64,000 bases of DNA from the NCBI GenBank assembly GCA_964035545.1, contig OZ037767.1, positions 18,692,259-18,756,258 of the forward strand, read 5' to 3'. The stretch comes from Bugula neritina. Its lineage: Eukaryota; Animalia; Bryozoa. Of the stretch, positions 1 through 12,682 are shown one piece after another. A program made the translations under genes and the position numbers. The stretch's first letter is position 1. Each line of letters starts with the position of its first letter. The notes under the pieces were generated by a model. The model did not search any database and had not been told where the DNA came from. It saw nothing but the letters and a program-made list of their open reading frames with translations.

Positions 1-972
1 ACTATAATATTTATGAGACAAAACTTAAAAAAAAATTATTCAACATAGTTCTGGTGCATCTTTTTGATACTTACTTTTATATACTTTTAATCATTACCAT
101 TATATTTTCACAAACTTAGAAGACGTCATAGATACTTACATTCAAGGAGCTAAATAAATCTTTAAATACTATAATGGTGTGCTGAATCGAAATAATGTTA
201 TATTAAATAATGATTATTTCAGACTTGATTAAAAGATTTGTACAACTTGGTTTTGCAAAATTTATTGAGTAAATGAATTTTCTTTAATCTGAAAATTTTT
301 TCTGCTTCTAAAATAATTATGCAAATTTTAGATTGGAACTAATTCAACTTTTTATATGGCTTCAAACACTTAGCATAACATGTCAATTGAAATAATGAAT
401 CATAATTTGGAGCTATAGAAACATTAACAGGTGAAACCCAGTTGATATTTTTGATTCAACTTTGTAGTTAAACTAGTATGTACTTTTGTAAAAAGCCAAT
501 TTGAAAAAATAATCATGATGGTATTGCCGATATAATTTGTTTTTTTTTATTTCTAGAGGTTTGTGTAACTTGTTGGCTATATAAAAACATTTGGATCTTT
601 ATTATAGTTAAAAATTATTTTCTGTGTTTGCTTTTGTAAGGGTTTAAATTAATAACATATTGATGAGCATCGTACATTGTATGTAAATATTTATCAGATC
701 ATATTTTACTCAGCGACTGCTGTATATTATACACGAACACTCAAGTGACTATAACATTAGCTGAGAGAAACTTCTGAAAAATTGCCGGTTATTTTTCAAA
801 TTGCAGACGAGTATAATTACTAGCATATATAAATTATATACAGTGAATGAAACAGAATATTAGATGCGATACAACAAATTTATTTGTAATTTCCTTTCAG
901 ATAAACATAAATATCATAGTCCATATAATCGTTCAAGTCATCGTCAACAATATTATTAACTTCTGGAGTTTA

Positions 973-1734
973 TTAGATGGTAGTTGTGATCTCCTTCATC
1001 TTATCATTACATGCATCTTCATCACAATGACATCTAAGGTGTTCAATTCCATCATTAACAAATGGATTCACTATTTTCTCACAATCATCTGCCTCTAAGT
1101 TGGCTGGGGCAAAACTGCATCCTCTGTGATAGGTTGTGGTGTCTCCATTTACTTCTAAAAGTTGGTAAAAAAGGTAGAATGTGTATAAATAATAATTTTT
1201 CTCTAGTGAACTTAGGGTGATTTTAAAATCTTTGTTCAATTTATAATTACAAAGATGTTATATACTATGTTGTTTTTAAAACAATCTTAACATGATAGCA
1301 AAAATAAATTTTGTTGTAAATAAATTTACCAATATTGCATATTATAAATGCAATGTTGACAATTATTTTATATAATAATTAATACAGGCTTTAATTTTCC
1401 TAGAATTTATTTAATGATAATAAGGTGAAAGGTTATAAAAGAAGCTACTAGAATTACCTTCAGTGATGTAGCAGGCAGTCAAGTAGCTAGCACAATCTGA
1501 CAGATCATCTTCATTAGCTTCAGCTGCACAGTCAGTACATTGGTAACACTTGATGGCGTTTGTGCTTGCAAGAGTTGCTGTAAAAATCAATAAATTACCA
1601 CAATAATAATTTTCAGCCAAAGTAAAATATTTTTTGTCTACTGATGATATAATAAAAATTTAAAATAAGAAATTGTATATAAAAATGATAATAAACTTAC
1701 CAACAAAGAGAGCGAGTAGAAGTAGCTTGTTCAT
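973..1734 (-). CDS. Secreted Ly6/uPAR (three-finger) domain protein, copy A, 111 aa, 3 exons
   Basis: Exons 1734-1701, 1577-1458, 1154-973 with GT/AG boundaries, phase 1/1. Protein MNKLLLLALFVATLASTNA|IKCYQCTDCAAEANEDDLSDCASYLTACYITEEVNGDTTTYHRGCSFAPANLEADDCEKIVNPFVNDGIEHLRCHCDEDACNDKMKEITTTI: signal peptide, 10 Cys in LU pattern (CYQC...RGC...CxC...CN), no hydrophobic GPI tail. Confidence 0.9.
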
Positions 1735-1764
1735 CTTGTCTAGTATTCTGTAGAATGTCTTCTC

Positions 1765-1852
1765 AGTGAATGATAATATTCTGTCTCTCACCAACTTATA
1801 TACTGATTCACTCTGCACACAGTTCCTTTAGAAGTCATCTTGTTATGTAACC
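1765..1852 (-). promoter_or_regulatory. Core promoter of Ly6 copy A (TATA + Inr, AP-1-like and D-box motifs)
   Basis: TATATAA at 1802-1796 is 31 nt upstream of a TCATTC initiator (1773-1768); TGAATCA next to the TATA; TTATGTAA at 1843-1850; same block precedes copies B, C and D. Confidence 0.65.
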
Positions 1853-4789
1853 AACTTTCAATATAAACACATGTATATGATATAGTGTATGTATATGAAA
1901 CCAGCGGGACGATCAAGCTCTTTTATGGTTTAGCAGCGTTTATTCACTAATCTAAGTGATAAAAGCTTTGAAATAATATAATGCATCCTCTATTGTAGCC
2001 AATTTTGAGTGTGGGGGTTTCTTTGATCTTGTATATGTTAATTTAGCAAACTATACCATCTTTTAAGTATATAATTGACTATTCTAAGTAACTCTATTAT
2101 ATTAGGCTCAGCTATTAGTTTATGCATTTAAAAAAATCAATAGATAAATTAATACTAAATTGAGGAAACAGGCAGCATAGAGGTTATATTATAGTGCTGA
2201 CTTAGTAAACAAAGGTTAAGTGTTTGGATCCTCATCTTAAAAGGAAAACAATTATTGCTCCTTTAAGACACAATATTGAAATTAGGAAGCCTTAGCCAGT
2301 CTAATTTTTTTTATTAAAGGTCCTCGTAGTGTTTGTGTTACAATCACCCACTTGCACAACTCGTTGTTGTTATTGTTGTTTACTATAACTTGTTTGTAAC
2401 AACAGGATATTGCAACAGGAAGTAACATCCCTTGATATTGTTTCATAATAATGTATGATTGTACACCACCTATATATAAATGGTTTAGTTTATAGAATAA
2501 AACAGTTTATGTTATAACAGTACTGCTGTGTGTTGTGTCAACTGTAATAGAACCATGTGCATTGTATATAACGGAAATAATATATATACAAAATACATAT
2601 ATAAAAGTGCTGGAACAGAAAACCCTATGATAAACTTCTTCCAGTAGATAAGTTATTATGAAGCTTTATTTGCACCAATTAACAGATAATGCATGTGTAT
2701 GTGTGGTATTTTATTGCATGTGTAATGCAGATAATATTTAACCCAGAATGTCTGTTAGCTACAGAAATCTGTCAAAGCTGTGTATATAGGTATACATATA
2801 ATATATATAATACTTCAACACATTTTCTGATGCCAGCGCATTACATATTTTCTTTTAGCAATTTTTTGTTTAAATTGAAATGATGAGCAGCAAAACTTGA
2901 CCAAACATTCTTCCATTATTATGTAACCAAACTATTACATAACAAGTTAGTTTTAGCTACATTTTCTAGAGCAATTGGCTATTTGAGGCATCAATATCTA
3001 ATGTATAAGTGCCCTGTAAGCCTATATAAAATATGAAAGTATATCTGTATTATATTAGCAATTTTAATCTACAAAAACTAAATTATAAATTGGAAACACA
3101 CAATGACTTTAAATGCTAAATGCACTCAAAACTAAACTTGAATTTGATAGGAGTTGTTATCACCAACTATAATAATGGTTTATCTATATAATCTTAGGAT
3201 GACTGTCTCAGCAAGATATAAAGTTAAAACAACTTCATAAAGCTGTTCTTTAGATCTTGGTAGCTCAAACTCTGAATCACATGATCAAATATCCTGTTAT
3301 ACATCCCTTTGAAAATTTATTATATTAACACTTATCACTGTACCCTGATATAGCACTTGTCTACTATACTACCAAGTTTTAGTACAAAGCTCGTAATGCT
3401 ATATGATCATATATCATGGTACAACATTTATAAAGTATACTTACCAGTATTCCAATATATACACTGCAATATATGGCGTGTTAATATTATACTGTATTGA
3501 TGTTTTCTTTTAATCATTTGCAAAAACGAAGATAAGTCAGTCTGTATGCATATTAACTGATGAAATCATCTTGAATTGCCCTGTATTAGTATAAACTATT
3601 TAGATTATACTTTTTTATATTTCAAAAGATTTTAATTGGCAAAACTCTACAAGTCAAGTCAAACTTCTTTTGGAACACATTTTCTTCAAATATGAAAATC
3701 ATACTGCATTGCGTTGTCTCACCCGTCTGCCTTGCTCTATGTATTCAGTAAGATTTAAAATATTAGTAAAAATTATAATAGTTATATCAAGCATAATAAA
3801 CTTTTTAACAAATTTGCATTTTAGGGTAGAATTCATTTATTAATTGAAAATACAATTATCTCACTTGCTATAGAGCACATAACAAAACTAAGTATATATG
3901 GTTGCCATAGAAAAGATCTCTGATATGTTATCACCGTTATATTATCACAATATATTGTCAGAGATGCAAAAAATGAAGTAAAAGTTTTAGTTTTGTGTCT
4001 ATTATAGTCACATTGATACAAAGGTTTTATAGAAGTACACAACAATATTGATAGATTCTCATGTTATTCATTGTAATTACTGTCAGGAAATATTTTGAAT
4101 TTTATTCTTTTCCCTTATTAAAATAAGATGTTTCTATAGGCGGTTACTGCCAGATACTATAAACTAGTGTTAAAGCTCAATATAGTTTAGGCAAAATAAA
4201 GTATGTAGTATATCCATAAATAAATTCTCAATATTTTATCGTCAACGTGGTTCATAATTATAGCTATAACTCATCAATTGAAATGTTGTAAAATTGGATA
4301 GCTTCGTCAATATACGGTACTAGGTGCCATATATTATAGACACCATGTGTGCAATGAATACATCTATATAAAAACATACAGGCTACCATAAATACAGTTT
4401 TTAACAGATAAATAATTGACAAAATATTTAGCTAACGCTTAAATAGAGATTGTAATAAAACTTGAATGTAAATTTTGCTACTGTAAATGCTAATCTATAT
4501 CAATTTGACCATTTCTATGATTAACAATTTTTATGCTTCTAAAATCTTTTTTAAACCGATTAGGTACAGGCAGAAATTTACCAAGCATAGTAGATTGTTT
4601 ATTAAAAATTATTTCAACTAACAAAGTCTCACTTGTGGCAATTAATCACATCACCAAATCTCATTTATTACTATAGTCTATGCTTTGTGTATATAATCTA
4701 TTGTTTAAAGGCATATACAAAGAGTTTGCCACTATGACTTGATAAGTTTGTGTCATATCTTAAAATTTCATAACTCATGGTAATGAGCC

Positions 4790-5200
4790 TTTAGCTGCAT
4801 GTCTTCTTGTAGTAGTTTTGTGGGTAGAATGCAATTAAGTTATTTGGAGCATAACTTCCTAATATAAAAGACTAGATAGGTTGTCCGTGTTGAGTAGAAT
4901 AATCTTTATTGTAAGGTATAAAAGGATCTGTGAGTGTGTCTCGATCTGGCAAGCTCTATAAATGGTAGACTGATCTACTCTGTGAGTTCGCCTCCTTATA
5001 TGCTGGGAATAAGTTCTTTCAAGAAACTTCTGCCGATCGCGTCCGCAAATTGGGGTTCCTGTGAAAATTTCGGAATCACCGACATGTTCGATCACATTCA
5101 ACTGAGTCCGATCAGATCCGACAATCGAATGCCTCAAACCCAGTTGGATATCTTGACATCCTCACTCTTTTGATTCTCGACTAAGATCGGCTTACACGAT
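4790..5200. mobile_element. Possible degenerate retroelement fragment (unclassified)
   Basis: Local GC/CpG rise; begins with GTAGTTTTGTGGGT...CATAACT(T)CCT, a motif also seen at about 59760-59810. No recognisable protein motif. Confidence 0.3.
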
Positions 5201-6290
5201 TGTGCAAAAATTACTATATCAAATGAAAAATTGGGAAGACAAATCTAAATTACTACACGGTAAAATTTACTACATTATAACTTGAAGAATAACAATTACA
5301 TAATTTTAGCTGTTATAAAACCAAAAAATAAAACTATGACTACTTTTTATTTGCTTATTATTTGAGACATTTTTTTAAAATTCTAATTTTAATCAATCTT
5401 ATTTTATAACAGCTATTAAAAACGTTTATACATGCTCATACCCACAAAAGCTTAATTATTCTGTAAATATCAGCCTGGTGTTAGATATAAATAAATTTAT
5501 CTTATGAACAATGATTATTTCAGATTCAATTAAAATGTTTTTTATATAACTTGATTTCTAAAATATATTATAGATAAATAATTTATCTTTGATATCAAAA
5601 AGTAATTGCTTCTAAATTATAAAAAGCAACCTTAAAAATTAAAAAGGAATTAGAGCTTGCTATGGGGCTAATAAATGATTATATAGTATGTAAGCATGTC
5701 AACTAAATTAATGAGACATAATTTAAAGGATCTGGAAACTCATTGATTTTTGTAATGCAACTCTGCAGATAAACTAGTTTAGTTTAAAAATAATCAGTTT
5801 AGAGAAAAAATGTTGGTATTGTAGAAATAATAACATGTTTTTTTATTCTGAAACTTTTGTGTAATTTGCCTGCTGCGTAAAAATGTTTTCGTAGAATATA
5901 CTTACTTTCTGCAGTTGTTTTGTAAGGGTGGAAACTAATAACATACATCGTTTTATATTTGGCTTTTCTCTAATCTCTAATTTTATACAAATATTCGAGC
6001 ATCAACTTTTATGCCTACCTATAACTCTTTTGATGTAGAATTAAAGGGAAAATTCAACTGACTGCATTTAACTGAGAAAAGGATTTGTAAAATTATCCGT
6101 TAATTTTTTTAAGTTTAGATGAATGTAATTACTAGAATATTATATTATAACATATACACAGTGAATGAGACAGAATAATAGTTGCGTTACAACAAATTTA
6201 TTTGTAATTTCCTTTCATATAAATATAAATATCATAGTCCGTATAATCATTCAAGTCATCGTCAACAATATTATCATCTTCTGGAATTTA

Positions 6291-7052
6291 TTAGATGGTA
6301 GTTGTGATCTCCTTCATCTTGTCATTACATGCATCTTCATCACAATGACATCTAAGGTGTTCAATTCCATCATTAACAAATGGATTCACTATTTTCTCAC
6401 AATCATCTCCCTCTAAGTTGGCTGGGGCAAAACTGCATCCTCTGTGATAGGTTGTTGTGTCTCCATTTACTTCTAAAAGTTGGTAAAAAAGGTAGAATGT
6501 GTATAAATAATAATTCTTCTCTAGTGAACTTAGGGTAATTTTAAAATCTTTGTTCAATTTAAACATCACTGACACATTATGTATATTTGTTTTAAAACAC
6601 TTTCAGCATGATTGCAAAAACATATTATTTTGTTTCAAGTAAATTTTGTGATATTTCTTATATCTTAAATGCAATGGTGAGAATTATGTTATAACAAATA
6701 AAAGTTTTAATTTTATTAAAATTTATTTAATGCTAATTGGTAAACTTTTATGAAAATTGTTGCTAGAGTTAATACCTTCAGTGATGTAGCAGGCAGTCAA
6801 GTAGCTAGCACAATCAGACAAATCATCTTCATTAGCTTCAGCTGCACAGTCAGTACATTGGTAGCACTTGATGGCATTTGTGCTTGCAAGAGTTGCTGTG
6901 AAAAGAAGTTAATTATTTAAATAATTTTCTGCAGCAAGACTTGACTAATTTTTTTACATATCGATGATAATAACGATGTAAATAAATGATAATTATATAA
7001 AAATAACAGCAAACTTACCAACAAAGAGTGCGAGTAGAAGTAGCTTGTTCAT
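6291..7052 (-). CDS. Secreted Ly6/uPAR (three-finger) domain protein, copy B, 111 aa, 3 exons
   Basis: Exons 7052-7019, 6895-6776, 6472-6291; same exon lengths and phases as copy A; differs from A by one residue (LEGDD vs LEADD). Confidence 0.9.
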
Positions 7053-7082
7053 CTTGTCTGGTTTTTGTAGAATGTCTTCTCA

Positions 7083-7169
7083 GTGAATGATAATATTCTG
7101 TCTCTCACCAACTTATATACTGATTCACTCTGCACACAGTCTCTTTAGAAGTCATGTGGTTATGTAACC
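7083..7169 (-). promoter_or_regulatory. Core promoter of Ly6 copy B
   Basis: TATATAA 7119-7113, TCATTC Inr 7090-7085, TTATGTAA motif; near-identical to the copy A promoter. Confidence 0.6.
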
Positions 7170-10100
7170 AACTTTCTATAAACACATGTACATGATATAT
7201 AATTGTATATACCAGCAGCATAAGCTCTCTGTATTATACTCTACATGGGTCACCAGCATATCTTTGATGATCTTTGAAATAAAATTTCTTAAGATAATTT
7301 GTTTTGTATCTTAATTTGCCAGTTTTGAATCTGATGATGTATTTGTTATTATATAATTTACAGAAATAATCCTCATTTGAAGTGGTTTTCTATAATAGGC
7401 ATATAATTCATGAGTCTACAAAACTTGGTGGATACAAAAACATCTTTAAAAACAGTTTTGTTGCATTATGGCATTGTTACTAAACAAGTTTTTAGAGAAA
7501 TCTCTTTGAAAAGCATACCTAGTTGAATATGCAGATAATAATTTATGTACGGACTGTTTGCACTCTTCTGGTATACCACTCAACTGTATATATATATATA
7601 GTTACCATATTCCGCGCACATAAAAACATATTTAATATTATAATATCCCATAAATTCTCCTTATTCAACTAGTAGTGGGTAGCACAAAATCTAGTTGTTC
7701 TAAATGTGTGTACATGCTGAGTCAAAGGGCCGGTTTTTCCTAACGTTCGAAGCATATGAAAGCTTTGTTTGCAACCAGTGATACTGTGAAACTTCAAAAC
7801 ATCTCCTGTAGCCTAAGTTTTGAATCACGTTATATATTCTTATCAACTCCTTTAAAGAAAACTCTATAAATATTATTTATTATAGATACTAATATATAAG
7901 TTACTTTTTGTATATTTAGCCAAGTTTTAATACAAGCAGAATTAGACATGTGACATAAATATGTATTCCAGCATATCTATGATCTCAATACCAGTATGTC
8001 GCTTTATTGTAACATGTGGTTATGAGATTAACATGAATTATTTTGATCCTTTCTTTTGATATCTATCACTCCAAAGTTGATATTAATAATTTAATAGCAT
8101 CATATTGTATTATTATATTATAATATTATATTGAATTATTATATAATATATTGCTGCTACCTGCACAGGACATCTATGGTGAAAGGTGGCCGTCAAACTA
8201 TCTAATTATATGTTAGCTATAGCAATAAGGTTGATTCAAACTTAACCAAGTTACAAAAAGTTAAGTTTTCATGTATGGCCTTTGGTCACAGCAATTATTA
8301 CCTTAAAAACAGACAATTGTTATTTCAATGACTGTGCTCCATGAAAAGCCTAATTAGCACTGAATCTGAAGAAATGCCATTTGTGAGCTGATGCTAAAAC
8401 TCACATAACTGATTGATTGACTGATTTATTACACATCACAGACATGAAAACACGCTGTGAAATTCAGTTAAAAACTGGCTATAATAAGCAGGCAGAAAAA
8501 ATTGGAAAATAAATCAGAACTCGATTATTTGAAATAAAATATCACTCAAAGTATTTACAGAGTTTTGTAAGAATTGCTATCTCTGCCCCTCTGTATTTGA
8601 TGTTTCTATATCTTCCAGAAGGACACGACTCAACAACTTAAAAAATCATTGTCCAGTAAGAGTTTTAATAATTTATGAAGTTGTTTAGTTCAGAGACTCT
8701 GACAAAAGACTTTGGGAGTGCTCAGAATGACAACAGATAAGCAGTTATGTTTATTCATATCTACACCATGCAGCTGTAATTTATTCTACTTGCGTATTGC
8801 AGTATGTATTATATTGCATATTATTACAATCAGTAGACATGCAGTCAAGAGCTAATAAACTGTTGCATGGAGTTTTAATTTGATACAGATAAAAGTTTTC
8901 TTGCAATACAGTTGACTGGTTTCATAGTTAAATCGACCAAATTATTTTCGATATTCATAAAACAACCAAACAGCAGTTACATAGTCAGAGTCACAAAAAG
9001 TTTGACTCTCACATATTGATTTCATAAAGATATAATAATATACATGCGAGTAGTCGGTCAAAGTTAAGGAGTATCAGGAATAGTCCGGAAAGAAATCCAG
9101 TATAATATTATATTGCTACTTTTCAGCCTTATACTTTTACTACTTCCGTCAAAAGTGATGATGACATAAAATACAGTAGTGGTGTTGTAATATAGATGAA
9201 CCCTTAGCCTTGATTTTAATCAGGTTATATTATTCTGATGGAAGTTGAAGCAAATTAACATCTCACCCTTAGCTGCCGTACTATAGCTATTATTATCTGG
9301 TAAACTTATGCCAAGACAATTATTTATATGTAGACCTTATAGTTATGGAAGAAATAGATGCTCAACTGCTTTCTATGACATGGGAATTTTGATACTCAAG
9401 TATGGCAGGATTTACCGTTCAAGATTAAAATTAACATACAATATATAACTAATAAAAACTTATATAGAAGATTGTTATGTCCGATAATAAAATTCAGCAT
9501 ATATATACAAGACACCTTTGCCAAAAACAAAAAAAATTTCAGCACAGAGAAAAATGATTTTGGCATGATAAGAAGGTTTATATAAAAACTAGTTTTAGCT
9601 GCTAATTAAACTATTTAAGCTCTTGCAAAAACACCAAGCATTAAACTCATATGTGCTTGTTTATACTAAAATAAAAAACCCTAATGAAAATAAATGTTTT
9701 AAAACTGGATGAGGACTCTTTCAGATGGTTCACAGGAGCAACCATTACTAAATGCTCCTCTGAACATCACGTACTGTAGCGTTTGAAATTGAACCGCTAA
9801 TCTGGTCAGATATACAAAGCATTTCATATCACCTTGTTTGCTAATGGCAGTATAATTTTTTTAAAATCAAAAATTTGAATAATGAAATAACAGAGATCAA
9901 ACTACTAATGGCTTGGACTAACCAAGGTGACAGGACCACGAAATTATATTTCATCATAGAACCGCTCCAAACAACTCCAAATTATACAAAAAATGTATTT
10001 GTTCATTTAAACATGCTAAACTTTGCGTGAAGACTAATAATTTGGATCTAAAGTGTTAATTCGTGATGCCTTACAAAGCTCTCACGTCCTTTTTACCACC

Positions 10101-10586
10101 AACTTCTTCATTTTGTTAACAAGTAATGTCAATTACAATTTGGCTATTAATTAAAACTAATTGGCACTAGTGCTTAAAGGAGAGTCACAAAATTTGAATG
10201 GTTTAAAGGAATAACCTGCTTGAGTTACTTGATTTACTGACATATTAGTTTATTGTGGGCTGAGAATATATATACTTATGTTTAGTACATAAATTGAGTA
10301 TGCTACAGTTATACATGCTCATGGTATCTATTATATATAGAATGTATATAACCAATGCAATGATCTAGTTATCTAGTGATTTTAATGATATATTTAAATA
10401 GGTGCATGTAGATTGTAATAATTGTTTGGGTCTAATTAATTTGTAGATTACATAATGTAAAAAAGACCATATAAGAGTTGCAATACAAAAATTTTATTTG
10501 TAATTTCCTTTCAGATAAACATAAATATCATAGTCCATATAATCATTCAACTCATCGTCAACAATATTATCATCTTCTGGAATTTT

Positions 10587-11745
10587 TTAGATGGTAGTTG
10601 TGATCTCCTTCATCTTATCATTACAAGCATCTTCATCACAATGACATCTAAGGTGTTCAATTCCATCATTAACAAATGGATTCACTATTTTCTCACAATC
10701 ATCTCCCTCTAAGTTGGCTGGGGCAAAACTGCATCCTCTGTGGTAGGTTGTGGTGTCTCCATTTACTTCTAAAAGTTAAATATTAAATATAGCTTATCCA
10801 ACACTATGCAATATAAATTATGAAACATTAAAAGAAATTATTATGAAAAAAAGTTTTTTGACGTCAACATTGAAATCTGTTGAGTAGTTATATTGTCGCT
10901 GTTCATGTGTAATCCTCAACATAGAAGTTACCAAGTCATGGAATTGTAAGCAAATAGTAACTCGAACTGAATTGGCAAGAAAACAAAAGAAAAAGTAAGT
11001 AAATTTATAATATAAGATAGTGCAAGTTATAGTATACAATTAAGTGCATTTCAGATTGAAATTTTAGAGTGGTAAAATGTTCAAATCACTTGAAATGTAA
11101 AAAATATATCATAGCAGCGTGTGCGTGTGCGTGTGCGTCTGTGGTGTGCGTGCATGGGTGTGCGTGTGTGGTGTGCGTGCATGGGTGTGTGAGTAAATTA
11201 AATAAATAAAAAAATTACTGAAAGTAGTTGAGTTGGTTTTCAAAACTTTCAAACTTGAAACGTTTCTAATTAGTTCATAGTTCTCAATGTTTTAAATAAA
11301 TGATAATAAAATATTTATTAATCTAAATGTAATTGAAAACAGTTGTTAGCATAAGTGTAGTGCAAACAAGTTTATTGTAATAAGTGCATTTGTTTAGTTG
11401 TTTGAAAAGAGCATGCCTAAATTATGAAAATTGATAAAGTAAAGTATATAGAAAAAACAAACTAATACCTTCAGTGATGTAGCAGGCAGTCAAGTAGCTA
11501 GCACAATCAGACAGATCATCTTCATTAGCTTCAGCTGCACAGTCAGTACATTGGTAACACTTGATGGCGTTTGTGCTTGCAAGAGTTGCTATGAAAGGCA
11601 GTAGATTGCTTAAATAATTTTCTGCAGCAAGATTTGACTAATTTTTTTACATATTGATGATAATAACTATGTAAATAAATGATAGTTATACAAAAATAAC
11701 AGCAAACTTACCAACAAAGAGAGCGAGTAGAAGTAGCTTGTTCAT
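10587..11745 (-). CDS. Secreted Ly6/uPAR (three-finger) domain protein, copy C, 111 aa, 3 exons
   Basis: Exons 11745-11712, 11588-11469, 10768-10587 with canonical splice sites; protein identical to copy B; longer intron 2. Confidence 0.9.
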
Positions 11746-11776
11746 CTTGTCTGGTATTCTGTAGAATGTCTTCTCA

Positions 11777-11862
11777 GTGAATGATGATATTCTGCTTCTC
11801 ACCAACTTATATACTGATTCACTCTGCACACAGTCTCTTTAGAAGTCATGTTGTTATGTAAC
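11777..11862 (-). promoter_or_regulatory. Core promoter of Ly6 copy C
   Basis: TATATAA 11813-11807, TCATTC Inr, TTATGTAA motif, as in copies A and B. Confidence 0.6.
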
Positions 11863-12448
11863 CAGCTTTCTTTAAACACGTGGACTTAATATAATATATG
11901 TAATTATATATGTACCAGCAGCTGGAATAAAGTCTGTATATTCTATGATGAGCTACCAGCAAGACTTTACTGATCAAAGCTACCATCTCTAAAAACATAT
12001 CAGGTATAAACCTCATTGGTTCTAATATGATAAATTTCAAAGATTCAAAAGTTTACCCTTCCTAAAAGACTCAAATGAGATTGCAGAAAAAAACCGAAAA
12101 ATTACTCCTTTAGCTATAGTATAAATATTGTTTTATGTACATCCTGATTTCATTCTTTTTCTATACTGTTCAACTAATTCGGTGTAAAAACACATTTAAT
12201 ATAATCCTATATAAAGTAGTTGAGTATCTGTGCAAAAACTTTTACAAACACATAACCAATTGGCACTCAGAGAAAAAAATATAAAAATTCCCTAAAAATA
12301 GTTTTTTAACATTGATTTTTGTTTTGTTGAAAAAGTGTTGAGCTGTAAAAAAATTATCAAGTTACTTTTCAACAGAAAATTATATAGTAAAACTATTATT
12401 GAAATATATAATATATACCTGTATATATAAATCATAGTATGTATTATC

Positions 12449-12528
12449 CACACGCACGTGCACACACACATACACACACACAGACACACACACACACACA
12501 CGCACGTGCACACACACATACACACACA

Positions 12529-12570
<42 letters not shown>

Positions 12571-12603
12571 CACACACACACACTTGCACACACACACACA
12601 CGC

Positions 12604-12679
<76 letters not shown>
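12449..12679. repeat. (CA)n microsatellite
   Basis: Directly visible, imperfect CA dinucleotide run. Confidence 0.95.

Positions 12680-12682
<3 letters not shown>

Noticed and set aside
847-1098. Plus-strand hydrophobic ORFs at 847-1098 and 6165-6416
   Set aside because: Antisense shadows of Ly6 exon 3 and its 3' UTR.
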